From an uncultured delta proteobacterium (GTDB lineage Bacteria > Desulfobacterota > Binatia > Binatales > Binataceae), in NCBI GenBank assembly GCA_963801665.1, contig CAWDFL010000003.1:280901-344900 (forward strand): a stretch of 64,000 bases of DNA, in the 5' to 3' direction. The notes beneath the pieces were generated by a model. The model made no database searches and was not told the DNA's origin. It saw nothing but the letters and a program-made list of their open reading frames with translations. This document shows, one piece after another, positions 28,400 through 38,342 of the stretch. Within the stretch, counting starts at the first letter, position 1; every line of letters begins with the position of its first letter. Both the position numbers and the translations under genes were made by a program.

Positions 28400-29680
28400 A
28401 TGCGAGACTTCGATGTCGTCGTGGTTGGAGGCGGCCTTGCAGGGCTGTGCGCCGCGTCATTTGCAACGAGCGCCGGGGCCCGAGTCGCGCTCTATGAGTC
28501 TTCACCGGATCTCGGAGGACGCGCGCGGACCCGCGTAAAGGAAGGATTTTGTTTCAATTACGGTCCGCACGCCCTGTATCGCGGCGGGGCATTAGACACT
28601 GCCCTTCGCGACCAAGGCGTGGTTCCAAGGGCCAAGGTGCCCAAACTGACGGCCGGCTATTTTGTTCGGGATCGAACACTCCACCTGGCCCCGTTCGGCG
28701 GATCAGGGTTGGCGGAGACGACCTTGTATCCGTCGGCGGTGAAGTCAGAGGTCGTCGCCGCACTTGCCCGGTTCGGCAAGTCGACGCCGGAGATAGGCCA
28801 AGGCGTGAATGTCCGCCAAGCCGTGGAAGAGTTTTCGCAGTCGCCGCACGTCCGAGAGTTGATCTCCGCCATGCTGCGCCTGACGAGTTATATTCACGAT
28901 CCGGATGCCGCCGACGGTGCGACGCTTTTCGCACAGCTTCATCTAGCCTTGTCGAACAACGTCGTTTACGTGGACGATGGATGGACCCAATTGGTCGCGG
29001 CACTGGCGGCCCGAGCCGATGCCAATGGATGTCTGATCGCCGTCGGCCAGCGTGTGACAGCGATTAAGCCGGGGCAAATGTGGCGCGTCGAGACCAGTAC
29101 TGGGAACTCAGTTTCCGCGCCAGCCGCCGTGATTGCTCTGCCGCCGCCAGATGCTTTAGAACTGTTCCCTTCCGTAGAGTCGTTGCGGGTCGCAGCCGAC
29201 CGATCGGTTGCGGTCTATGCCGCATGCCTGGACCTTGGACTATCGCAATTGCCCGATCCGCGGCACAATTTTGCTCTCGGCCTCGATGAACCACTGTATC
29301 TATCTGTTCACAGTCAAGCTGCCCGGTTGGCTCCTGAGGGCGGTGCGCTAGTGCATATTCTACGATACCTGCAGCCGGACCAGCCGGTCGACAAAAAATT
29401 GCTACTTAAGGAACTCGAGGCCTTCGCTGATTTGGTCCAGCCGGGTTGGCGCTCATATGTTCGGGCCAGTCAATTCTTCTGGAAGATGCCGGTTATGTAT
29501 TCGGAACCGCTGGCCCGATATCGGGGTCTTGCCGGGCGGCCCGGGGTAGCGGTGCCAGGGATTTCGGGCCTTTACATTGCTGGAGATTGGGTAGGCTCGC
29601 ACTCGTTGCTCTCTGATGCTGCGGCCGCAAGTGGCCGGCTTGCGGGCGAGCTCGCGGCAGCATTCGCGCGAAAGAATTGA
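28400..29680 (+). CDS. FAD-dependent oxidoreductase (phytoene dehydrogenase-like)
   Basis: GGGLAGL, GGRART, FNYGPHALY, YIAGDWVG...DAAAASG. Confidence 0.85.
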   Translation: MRDFDVVVVGGGLAGLCAASFATSAGARVALYESSPDLGGRARTRVKEGFCFNYGPHALYRGGALDTALRDQGVVPRAKVPKLTAGYFVRDRTLHLAPFGGSGLAETTLYPSAVKSEVVAALARFGKSTPEIGQGVNVRQAVEEFSQSPHVRELISAMLRLTSYIHDPDAADGATLFAQLHLALSNNVVYVDDGWTQLVAALAARADANGCLIAVGQRVTAIKPGQMWRVETSTGNSVSAPAAVIALPPPDALELFPSVESLRVAADRSVAVYAACLDLGLSQLPDPRHNFALGLDEPLYLSVHSQAARLAPEGGALVHILRYLQPDQPVDKKLLLKELEAFADLVQPGWRSYVRASQFFWKMPVMYSEPLARYRGLAGRPGVAVPGISGLYIAGDWVGSHSLLSDAAAASGRLAGELAAAFARKN

Positions 29681-29693
29681 TCATCGTCGGCAG

Positions 29694-30767
29694 CTAACGG
29701 AATGCGGGTATCACCTTCGATGCGAATAACTCCAGGTGCGGTTGAATCCAGGCAGGAGGCAAGCCCGGAGGCAGCGTCCACGAGTAGTAGTGAGTCAATC
29801 GCACATTGCTCACATAGTCCCGAATCATCTTGACCGCGGTGTCAGGTTCCACGACCAAAAGCTGGCCCGACTTCCGCAAGCCGTCGCGATCGCGAAGGTA
29901 ACTCAGAGTTAGCGGTTTCGCACCCTCCTTCGCCATTCGCGCGCGGGTTTTTTCGTCGATGCTCTGGAGCGCCTTCACGGTCCAGGCCGCATAGTTATCG
30001 GCCTGATAAACGACGTGGTCAGCGGCCTCATTCCACGTTTTCTCCTGGTCGTCTGAGACGATTAGCCACTGGAATCCGCTGGCCAGTTTTACATGGTCCG
30101 TACTTCTGCCGCGTTTGCGAAGTTCGGCGAGATAGCTCTCGTAAACGGACGGGCTCGCCATCGGCGCGATAAATCCGTCTCCGAAGCGGGCCGCGCGTCG
30201 CAGCGCGGGTTGCGTGAAACCGCCGATCCAGATCGGAGGCCGCGGCTTCTGGATCGGTTCGGGGGTAATGCGCGCGCGAATCAACTCGAAGTAATCGCTC
30301 TTATAGGTAACTGTTTCACCGGCCAGCAGGCGTGAAACGATATCGAGAGACTGATTGGTCCGCGCGCCGGCCTGGCTGTTTGGAATGCCATAACCTTCGA
30401 ATTCCTCGACCTTGTAGCCGACGCCGAATCCCAGATCGAGGCGTCCACCCGAGATAACGTCGACGACCGCGATTTCTTCCGCAAGCCTTACGGGATTCTG
30501 AAACGGCATCAGCATGACGGCGAGGCCAATACGGATCTTCCGGGTGCGCGCGGCAATCGCGGCAGCCACCGGCAGCAATGAGGGCAAGTAGCCATCGTCA
30601 ATAAAGTGATGCTCCGATAGCCAGACGTCGTCGAAGCCGTGATCTTCAGCCCACACGATCTGGTCGAGGATGTCCGTGTAAAGACGATTGGACGGTTGCC
30701 GCCATCGCCCGGGATTACGAAAATCGTAGTACAGCCCGAATCTTAAACTGAGATTATTTGCGCTCAT
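29694..30767 (-). CDS. LLM-class flavin-dependent oxidoreductase
   Basis: WLSEHHF, PVRLAEE, SGGRLDLGFGVGY, PPIWIGG, RRAARFGDG. Confidence 0.9.
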   Translation of the reverse strand: MSANNLSLRFGLYYDFRNPGRWRQPSNRLYTDILDQIVWAEDHGFDDVWLSEHHFIDDGYLPSLLPVAAAIAARTRKIRIGLAVMLMPFQNPVRLAEEIAVVDVISGGRLDLGFGVGYKVEEFEGYGIPNSQAGARTNQSLDIVSRLLAGETVTYKSDYFELIRARITPEPIQKPRPPIWIGGFTQPALRRAARFGDGFIAPMASPSVYESYLAELRKRGRSTDHVKLASGFQWLIVSDDQEKTWNEAADHVVYQADNYAAWTVKALQSIDEKTRARMAKEGAKPLTLSYLRDRDGLRKSGQLLVVEPDTAVKMIRDYVSNVRLTHYYSWTLPPGLPPAWIQPHLELFASKVIPAFR

Positions 30768-30791
30768 CTTTTAAGCCCTTGGGGGGGGTTC

Positions 30792-30805
30792 GTAGTGCTC
30801 ACTAC
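30792..30805. promoter_or_regulatory. TetR operator-like palindrome GTAGTG-CT-CACTAC
   Basis: Between the divergent LLM and TetR genes; a related half-site (GCGCTACAA) lies near 30848. Confidence 0.5.
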
Positions 30806-30869
30806 AATTACCCGACGCGGCCGCGCTGAGTCAAGTTTCTTTATCGAGCGCTACAAATTCGCTAAGCTA

Positions 30870-31460
30870 ATGGCCATGGGACGCAAACTCGGGTTCGATC
30901 GCGATCGAGCCATCGATCGGGCAACTAAGGTGTTCTGGAAAAAGGGCTACACCAACGCATCGCTGCGCGACCTGTTGCGCGCGATGGGTATCGGAGAGGG
31001 CTCGTTCTACAACACGGTCGGCAGCAAAAAGCAGTTGTTTATCGAATGCCTTAAGCACTACGAGGACACGGTAGAGCGCAAACGTTTCGATGCATTACTG
31101 GCTGAAGCTTCAGTGAAGAAAGGAGTTCGAGCGTTCTTTAGAAGTGTCCTGGATACTCTCGACGATCCTAGCACTCCGCGCCTGTGTCTGCTGGCAGAGA
31201 GCCTGTCGGGTGACGTACTTCGGGACCGGCAGCTCAAACATTTCGTCGAAAATTCAACGCGGTCGTCATGGCAGCGATCCATCGAGCGTCTGGAATCGGC
31301 AAAAAGCTCAGGCGAGCTGCCTCAGAACTTCGACTCGAAACTCGTGGCCGACGTGCTCATGACGTATCTTCAAGGGCTCTACCGGATAGCTCGGCTCGTC
31401 AAAAGTCGGCGACAAATCGAACGCCAGATAGAGACGCTGCTACAAGCACTCGGGCTGTAG
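30870..31460 (+). CDS. TetR family regulator (NemR/ComR-like)
   Basis: GRKLGFDRDRAIDRATKVFWKKGY...SFYNTVGSKKQLF. Confidence 0.88.
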   Translation: MAMGRKLGFDRDRAIDRATKVFWKKGYTNASLRDLLRAMGIGEGSFYNTVGSKKQLFIECLKHYEDTVERKRFDALLAEASVKKGVRAFFRSVLDTLDDPSTPRLCLLAESLSGDVLRDRQLKHFVENSTRSSWQRSIERLESAKSSGELPQNFDSKLVADVLMTYLQGLYRIARLVKSRRQIERQIETLLQALGL

Positions 31461-31583
31461 TCACAGCGCTCCGTCTGGCGCCTGGCGGGACAGAACGCAC
31501 AAGATTCTGTGCCACTTGCTCAGGCTCCAAAGGGCCGCCTATCGTTGATGCAGTCATCTTGGACCGAAGGATGGAGGCACCTC

Positions 31584-31943
31584 GTGGAAAAGGTGAACGT
31601 CGCGGAGAAATTCGATCTGTTCAGCGACTACTGGAGTCCCAAGATCGCCGCTGAGTTGAACGACTCATACGTTAAGTTGGCAAAATTCAAAGGCGAGTTC
31701 GTTTGGCATCATCACGAAAATGAGGATGAGCTGTTCCTCGTGACGAAGGGTCAGCTACTAATAAAGCTGCGCGATAGCGAGGTTGTAGTCGGCCCGGGAG
31801 AATTCGTTGTCATTCCCCGTGGAGTCGAACACATGCCTGTGGCAAAAGACGAAGTCCACGTCATTTTGATCGAACCGAAAACGACCCTGAATACTGGCAA
31901 TGTCGTTGGTGCAAAGACTGTCGAGCGTCTCGAAAAGGTATGA
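31584..31943 (+). CDS. Cupin domain protein
   Basis: WSPKI, GEFVWHHHENEDELF, PRGVEH. Confidence 0.9.
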   Translation: MEKVNVAEKFDLFSDYWSPKIAAELNDSYVKLAKFKGEFVWHHHENEDELFLVTKGQLLIKLRDSEVVVGPGEFVVIPRGVEHMPVAKDEVHVILIEPKTTLNTGNVVGAKTVERLEKV

Positions 31944-31950
31944 GGTGGTA

Positions 31951-32100
31951 ATGCGGGGAGACGCCAGGACCTTTCGTCGGAGACGAATCTGGTGGATTGC
32001 CTATTCCGAGAGCGGTCGCGAGTATCGAGAGAGTAGCCGCAGCACGGAGAAAAAGCCGCTCGGAAATGCTGCAGAAGCGACTCGCGACTCCGAGAGCGTC
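31951..32100 (+). pseudogene. N-terminal remnant of a phage-type tyrosine integrase
   Basis: MRGDARTFRRRRIWWIAYSESGREYRESSRSTEKK / EMLQKRLA resembles integrase arm-binding N-termini; no catalytic domain follows. Confidence 0.55.
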
Positions 32101-32402
32101 AATCATAGTCCGGGATCTCGCCCGGAGATCCGACCTCGTTCGAGTGCTCGACGGGGATGTGCAGGCACTCTATTCTGATTGCCTGGCAGCCTTGGATCGG
32201 CTGCGCGCTCGTCTCTCTTAGTTGATGGGCGTACTGTCGGCGTGAGGTGCGTCGCGCGCGCTTGACCACGATCCGCAACCAAAAGTAGTTAATTGAATGA
32301 CATCGCATCGAAAAATCCCGTGCCGAGGAACAGCAGCGTTCGGCTCGAACAAAAATCCGGACGTATTTCTGGCGATCCTCTCTCGCCCTCAAAGCCTTGT
32401 CG

Positions 32403-33272
32403 ATGACGAGTAACCGTAAACGTGCGGTCGCCGCGACGATGGGCGCTGCTGCAGCGCTTGGCCTGACAGTCGATGATGCGATCGTGCTCCAGGAGTCGAA
32501 CAAGCTCGCTGTGCGCCTGCTGCCGTGCGACGTTCTTGCTCGGGTCGCGGAGGAGCGCATCAAGCGCTGGGCGGAGTTCGAAGTCGAGCTTGCTTTACGG
32601 CTCGCTGAAACCGGGGAGCCCCGTAGGAGCGCTCGATCCTCGGGTCGCGCCGGGCGTCTACATGCGTGACGGCTTTGTGGTCACGCTGTGGACCTACTAC
32701 GAACCTGTGCCGTCCCGAGAGTTCGCGCCAGCCGACTACGCGCACGCTCTCGAACGGCTGCATGACTGCATGCGGCAGATCGACTTCCCTACACCGCACT
32801 TTACGGATCGAATGACGGACGCCCAACGGCTTATCGGAAGCCGCGACCAGACTCCAGAGCTAGTTGACGCGGCAGTGAGCTTCTCAGCAACACGTTACGA
32901 AGTCTGCGGCAGGCGATCAGCGCTCGCGGGCGCCGCGAACAACTCCTGCACGGCGAGCCACACCCGGGCAACGTGCTCAGGACGAAGAAGGGCCTGCTGT
33001 TCATAGACCTCGAGACCTGTTGCCGCGGGCCCGTCGAGTTCGATCTCGCCTACGTGCCCGAAGAGGTGAGCGTGCTCTATCGGAGCACCGATCAACAGCT
33101 GCTCCGCGAATGCCGGGTCCTGATGCTTGCGATGGTCGCAGCATGGCGCTGGGATCGAAACGACCAATTCCCCAACGGGCGACAAGCAGCGCGAGAATTC
33201 GTCAGCGAACTCCGGGCGGCACTGTCGGGCGCACCGTTCTCGACGCACTTGCCGCGCTGGACTGACACCTGA
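32403..33272 (+). CDS. Aminoglycoside phosphotransferase/kinase-like protein with two frameshifts (about 32615 and 32872)
   Basis: The joined frames give LLPCDVLARV...GSPVGALDPRV...LLHGEPHPGNV...FIDLETCCRGPVEFDLA. Confidence 0.75.
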
Positions 33273-33571
33273 ATCGCTGGTGGACGATAAAAATTGGAGC
33301 TAGTTCGTCGAGATCTTTGCCCCACTAAGTAATGACGTCCATCTTTTCCGCCAACTCGCGCTTGGACTACGCCATTAGGTGAGTGTAAGTGTCGGCAGTA
33401 AGCTGGATTCTCGAGTGCCCAAGTATCTCCGAAATCATTCGCATTGGATAAGATAGCGCGCGGCGCTACGACAACAAGGGCGATCGTGAATCGAGCGTTA
33501 CTCAAACCGTACTTCACCGGGCTTTAAGAATATGTCGCCTTAGACTCATGATCCGGCTTAAACAACCGGAT

Positions 33572-33645
33572 GGTGACACCGTGACACAGAACGCCGACGG
33601 ACGCTCCAGCGAATCGGTATCTTCTTAACTATCTGATTTTATTAG
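33572..33645. mobile_element. att-like scar next to the tRNA 3' end
   Basis: Tandem GTGACAC repeats (arm-type-like) and an IHF-like TAACTATCTGATTTTATTA immediately downstream of the tRNA CCA. Confidence 0.5.
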
Positions 33646-33651
33646 CTTTCT

Positions 33652-33727
33652 TGGAGCCACCCGTCGGATTCGAACCGACGACCTGCTGATTACGAATCAG
33701 CTGCTCTACCAACTGAGCTAGGGTGGC
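33652..33727 (-). tRNA. tRNA-Thr(CGT)
   Basis: Reverse complement GCCACCCTAGCTCAGTTGGTAGAGCAGCTGATTCGTAATCAGCAGGTCGTCGGTTCGAATCCGACGGGTGGCTCCA: 76-nt cloverleaf, anticodon CGT, encoded CCA. Confidence 0.97.
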
Positions 33728-33860
33728 CCCGCCGCGATTGCGCGCGCGCCGATAGGACTCGGCTGAATGCCGAGATTAGCGGACCCTCGCGCGCCGGGAA
33801 AGAGAGACCTTGGCGCCGGCGTCTTGAGACTCGGCGGGATCGAGCCGAAGATGAGCCTCG

Positions 33861-34739
33861 ATGGACGGGCTCCCGGGATTTCGCGCTGCGTATCATGAGA
33901 CCTTCGCACGCCTCTACGAGCGTAGCGCCGCCCGGCGCTGGAGAATTCCCGAAGCCGATTTTGCGCAGACGATCGAGCGCGCGATCGAGCGCCAATTTGC
34001 CGGCGCTATCCCGAATCCCGCCGAAATTGAAATTTTCCTCGACTCGCTCCATGTCGAGGACCTTGCGCTCGCAATGGCATGCCGCGCGGGGAACGCCGAG
34101 GCGTGGCGCGAATTCGACGCGCGTTACCACGGCGCGATCGAGAGCTTCGTGCGCGCGATTGCGCGCGATACGGATCGAGCTCGCGAAATTGAAAGCTCCC
34201 TGTACGGCGATCTTTTCGACGTCGCGCGAGTAGGTAATCCGCGCCGCTCCCCGCTCGATTACTATCATGGCCGAAGCTCGCTCGCCGCGTGGTTGCGCAT
34301 CGTGATCGTGCGGCGGGAGGCCGATTGGCTGCGCGAGCGTTACCATGCGAATGCTGCCGCGGCCGCTGCCGCCGAGCCGATAGCGAGTGGCGATCGCAAT
34401 CACTCGGCGCCCGCCGATCCCGATCGCGCGCGGTTTATCCCGATGCTCGCAAAGGCGCTCGACGCCGCGCTTGCCGAGCTCGAGGCGCGCGACCGTCTTC
34501 GTCTCTCTTATTACTACGTGCAAGGTCTCACGCTTGCGGAATCCGGCGTGCTGCTCGGCGAGCATGAATCGTCGGTATCGCGAAACCTTGCGCGAATCCG
34601 CCTCGCGATTCGGCTTAGAGTCGCGCGCGAGCTCAAGCGCGAGCATCATCTGAGCGACGAACAAATCACGCGCTGCTTTGAATTTGGAACCGACGATTGG
34701 CCGTTCGATCTCGGACGGGCGCTTTCGCAGGCAAAGTAA
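33861..34739 (+). CDS. ECF sigma-70 factor with an N-terminal extension
   Basis: LHVEDLALAMACRAGNAEAW, YHGRSSLAAWLR (region 2), LEARDRLRLSYYY...HESSVSRNLAR (region 4). Confidence 0.85.
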   Translation: MDGLPGFRAAYHETFARLYERSAARRWRIPEADFAQTIERAIERQFAGAIPNPAEIEIFLDSLHVEDLALAMACRAGNAEAWREFDARYHGAIESFVRAIARDTDRAREIESSLYGDLFDVARVGNPRRSPLDYYHGRSSLAAWLRIVIVRREADWLRERYHANAAAAAAAEPIASGDRNHSAPADPDRARFIPMLAKALDAALAELEARDRLRLSYYYVQGLTLAESGVLLGEHESSVSRNLARIRLAIRLRVARELKREHHLSDEQITRCFEFGTDDWPFDLGRALSQAK

Positions 34740-36166
34740 TGGCTAATCCCATAAACGGCGGAGACGGCGAAAATAGCGAAGTGGGAAATGACGCGCTCGA
34801 CGCGCTGACCGCGCGCCACCTGGCCGAAGGGCTTGATGCGTCCGGCCGCGATTGCCCCGACGCCGACGTGCTCGCGACGTTCGCTACCCGCTTGCTGGAT
34901 GCGGACGAATATTCGCGCTGGGAACATCACGCGGCGCAGTGCGTGCTATGCCAACGCAACCTCGCGGCTCTCGCGCGCAGTGGCGTCCTCGACGCTCCCA
35001 AAAGGCCCGCGCTGCCGGCTCTCGCACAAGACGATTCTGACGACGACTCCGAGCTATCGCCCCACGGCGAGGACGAGGGAATCGTCGCCTCGCTTCGCCG
35101 CGGGTTCAGATTCATCGTGGGTCCGTTTCCGCTTTCAGTCGCGATCCACCTCGTTCTGATCATGCTGCTGATCATCACGGTGCACGAGCAGCGTGGACGC
35201 GAATTTATCATGGTCAATCTCGAAGCGGGCGGTGGCGGCGGCGGCAACGAGATGCAGGATCTCGACATGCCTGAAGTGCCGATGCCCGACACCGCGCCGC
35301 AACAGATGGACAATCCGCAAGCGGTCGATACCTCGCAGGCTGTAGGCATGGCCAACGACTATGTGCGCGCGGCCGGCGGCGGCGGAATCGGAATCGGGCG
35401 CGGCGGCGGAATGGGTTCAGGCTACGGCCACGGCATTGGATCGGGCTTCGGCGGATTTATCGGAGAACTTCGGCGCAAGGGTCTGGACGTGGTGCTGGTG
35501 ATCGACGGCACCGGTTCGATGGGTCTGATCATCAACGACGTGAAGGCCAAGATGGGGCAGCTCATCCAGGCGATCCATCGCCTGGTTCCAATCGCGCGCG
35601 TCGGCATTATCGTGTTTGGCGGCAAGGGCGAGAAGATGGAGATCCAGCCGCTCACGCTGTCGCCGCAGAAGCTGACCGACTTCTTAAACGGCATTACCGC
35701 GAAAGGCGGGGGCGAATGGGAAGAAGATACTTTCGGCGCGTGCGAAACCGCGATCGACAAGATGGACTGGAAGCCGTACGCGAAGAAGGTGGTGGTGCTG
35801 GTAGGTGATTCGCCGCCGCGCAAGGAGGATTTCGCGCCGCTGATCGCGATGATCCGCAAGTTCAAGAGCGAGAACGGGACTTTCAACACCGTCGATGTGG
35901 CGGCGGAAGAGCACGAGCGCTTCGAGCGCGAGTTCTGGTTGAAGGTGCATCGCGAGGAGCCGCCGAAAATCACGCCGTTGCCCGAGTTCTATCAGCAGAC
36001 GCGCGCCGCCTATAAGGTGCTCGCCAACGCAGGCGGCGGTGCGATGCGCTCGCTCACGCACGACTCGCATATCAACCAGCAGGTGCTGATCCTCGCCTTC
36101 GGCGAGCAGTGGCAGAACCAGGTCTCCGCCTTCGGCCGGGGGATCAGTTCCGCCAGTGGCCCCTAG
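34739..36166 (+). CDS. Putative anti-sigma factor: ZAS zinc finger, TM helix, Gly-rich linker, vWA domain
   Basis: TAATG coupling to the sigma gene; CPDADVLA...EHHAAQCVLC; TM SVAIHLVLIMLLII; LDVVLVIDGTGSM (MIDAS-like), GGGEWEE, VVLVGDSPP. Confidence 0.85.
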   Translation: MANPINGGDGENSEVGNDALDALTARHLAEGLDASGRDCPDADVLATFATRLLDADEYSRWEHHAAQCVLCQRNLAALARSGVLDAPKRPALPALAQDDSDDDSELSPHGEDEGIVASLRRGFRFIVGPFPLSVAIHLVLIMLLIITVHEQRGREFIMVNLEAGGGGGGNEMQDLDMPEVPMPDTAPQQMDNPQAVDTSQAVGMANDYVRAAGGGGIGIGRGGGMGSGYGHGIGSGFGGFIGELRRKGLDVVLVIDGTGSMGLIINDVKAKMGQLIQAIHRLVPIARVGIIVFGGKGEKMEIQPLTLSPQKLTDFLNGITAKGGGEWEEDTFGACETAIDKMDWKPYAKKVVVLVGDSPPRKEDFAPLIAMIRKFKSENGTFNTVDVAAEEHERFEREFWLKVHREEPPKITPLPEFYQQTRAAYKVLANAGGGAMRSLTHDSHINQQVLILAFGEQWQNQVSAFGRGISSASGP

Positions 36167-36259
36167 CGCCAAAGAAATTCTGCAAGGAAACCGCCCGCGC
36201 CCGATCTGATCATCAGGAGCATCTGTATAGACGCTCTGGACTCGATCAGGAGGTGCGCG

Positions 36260-37417
36260 ATGAACCCGTACCTGTTCGCATTGATAGCGCTTTGCCTCTC
36301 GATAATCGTCGTCACTGTCGCGATCCGGCGGCTTAGGCGCCGCGAGGATGTCGGAGCGGGCGTGATTGCGAGTGCGGTCCGGTTTGTCGGCGGTCCGTTT
36401 CCGCTTTCGGTCGCGATTCACGTCGGCGCGCTGCTGTTCCTGATTATCACGGTTCACGAAAGCCGCGGACGGGATCTGATCCTGGTCAATCTCGAAGCGG
36501 GCGGTGGCGGAGGCGGTGGCGATGAGATGCAGAAGCTCGACATGCCTGAAGTTCCGATGCCTGACGTCGCGCCGCAGCAAACCGAGCTGCCGCAGACAGA
36601 CGACACGGCGCAGGCCGTCGCGCTCGCGACCGACTACGTACGTTCCGAAGCCGGCGGGATCGGGATAAATCGAGGCGGCGACGGACTTGGCACCGGGCAC
36701 GGCCCGGGCTTCGGTGGCGGATGGGGCGGGTTCATCGGCCATCTTCGCCGCAATGGACTGGACGTCGTGCTGGTGATCGACGGGACCGACTCGATGCGGC
36801 TGGTGATGGCGGACGTCAAGGCGCGGATGAAGGAGCTCGTCCGCGCGATTCAGCGTCTGGTTCCTACGGCGCGGGTTGGAATCGTTGTTTACGGTGGCGA
36901 GGGCGAGCCGCTCGACGTGCAGCCGCTCACGCTATCGCCGGCGAAGCTCGACGCTTTCTTGTCCGCGATCCAGACCAAAGGCGGCGGCGAGTGGGAAGAA
37001 AACACCTACGGCGCGATGCAGGCCGCGGTCGATCGGATGGACTGGAAGCCCTACGCGCGCAAAGTGATCGTGCTGGCCGGCGACGCGCCGCCGAAGCAGG
37101 ACAAGTTCGCGGCGATACTCGAACTCGAGCGCAAATTCCGCGCCGAAAACGGCACCGTCAGCGTCGTCGACCCGACCGCGCAGGAGCATCAGCGCTTCGA
37201 GCACGAGCTCAACATCCGCGTGCATCGCGAGGCCAACTCCGCCGCCGCGCCGATGCCCGCGTTCTATCAGCAGGCGCGCGCCGCCTTCGCCGTCATCGCG
37301 CACACCGGAGGCGGCGAGATGCGCAGTCTCGAAGGCGACGAGGCGATCAATCAGCAGGTGCTAATAATGGCGTTCGGAAGCAAGTGGCAGGAGCAACTCG
37401 CGGCTTACGAAAGATAG
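36260..37417 (+). CDS. Membrane-anchored vWA domain protein, paralog of the upstream gene without the ZAS domain
   Basis: Two TM segments (the second is SVAIHVGALLFLII), LDVVLVIDGTDSM, GGGEWEE; long near-identical stretches shared with 34739..36166. Confidence 0.88.
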   Translation: MNPYLFALIALCLSIIVVTVAIRRLRRREDVGAGVIASAVRFVGGPFPLSVAIHVGALLFLIITVHESRGRDLILVNLEAGGGGGGGDEMQKLDMPEVPMPDVAPQQTELPQTDDTAQAVALATDYVRSEAGGIGINRGGDGLGTGHGPGFGGGWGGFIGHLRRNGLDVVLVIDGTDSMRLVMADVKARMKELVRAIQRLVPTARVGIVVYGGEGEPLDVQPLTLSPAKLDAFLSAIQTKGGGEWEENTYGAMQAAVDRMDWKPYARKVIVLAGDAPPKQDKFAAILELERKFRAENGTVSVVDPTAQEHQRFEHELNIRVHREANSAAAPMPAFYQQARAAFAVIAHTGGGEMRSLEGDEAINQQVLIMAFGSKWQEQLAAYER

Positions 37418-37655
37418 GCGCGAGGGTGCCGCACTGGTTGCCGGTCTTGCTCATAGTGCGAAGCGATCGCGCGCTCAGATCGGCAAATTAGAGGGGTGCG
37501 GCGATAGGTCTTCAGCTGCCGTCCAAACCGGAGGGCAACCGCGTGGGCATTGGCCCGTGGAAGTCTCACAATAGACTAGAGGCTGAGTGCTTCGGTTGGT
37601 ATGATAATCGCGATCCAAGGAGTGGTGCTGGGCCGGAAGCAGCCAACGCAGACGA

Positions 37656-38342
37656 ATGTTTCAAAGAGAGTCTGAAATGACTGGGTTCGTGGCGAGCTGG
37701 ATAAAGGCCAATGGCATGACGGCCAAGCCGGAGTTTGTGACACCTTGGGGTATTTGCGATTTCGTCGGACTCCGCTTTAATCCAGAAAAAGTAACACGCC
37801 GCCTCCAACAAAAACAAATGCGGGCGATTAGTTCCGTCACCCGTGCACTTTTGCTGCTTCAAATTCCCGATGTAGAGACGAAACGATCAATCACTCTCGA
37901 CAGCCTCATTCGGAGCTATGCGCCATTTATTTCCGAAGAAGTCGTCTGCAGGGAAACATCTCGCCTGATCGCTGACCGATATGTTACTTCTTCCGCGCAC
38001 CGGCGCTTACAAAAGGTTAACGGCTGGATGCCTCTACAAGACCGGTTGGTCGCTGTTGAACTAAAGCTCTCGCGAGTGGACGAAGCAATGCGTCAAGCGG
38101 TGAATAATCTCGGATTCGCAGACGAGTCGTACGTGGCGTTGCCGGCCGACGTAGCACGGCGTGTCCTGGCGACCTCGACCCGTTGGTCGAAGTTCTTCGA
38201 TGTGGGTGTAGGCTTGTTAAGCGTCGCGCGCCGTGGCTGCGAGGTTCTGCGGCCGGCGCAAAAGACCGGAAACGGGACGGACAAGGCAATTCAACTTTAC
38301 TGCATCGAGAAATTCTGGAGCACCCGTCTTAAAGGCAACTGA
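37656..38342 (+). CDS. Hypothetical PD-(D/E)XK nuclease-like protein with an inserted helical/wHTH segment
   Basis: FQRESEM...EF...ICDFV...LVAVELKL...AMRQA...FADESYVAL...GVGLLSV pattern; lower GC. Confidence 0.65.
   Translation: MFQRESEMTGFVASWIKANGMTAKPEFVTPWGICDFVGLRFNPEKVTRRLQQKQMRAISSVTRALLLLQIPDVETKRSITLDSLIRSYAPFISEEVVCRETSRLIADRYVTSSAHRRLQKVNGWMPLQDRLVAVELKLSRVDEAMRQAVNNLGFADESYVALPADVARRVLATSTRWSKFFDVGVGLLSVARRGCEVLRPAQKTGNGTDKAIQLYCIEKFWSTRLKGN

Noticed and set aside
33280-33517. Possible small secreted protein next to the att site
   Set aside because: No recognisable domain, and the ORF runs antisense into the kinase gene; likely island debris.
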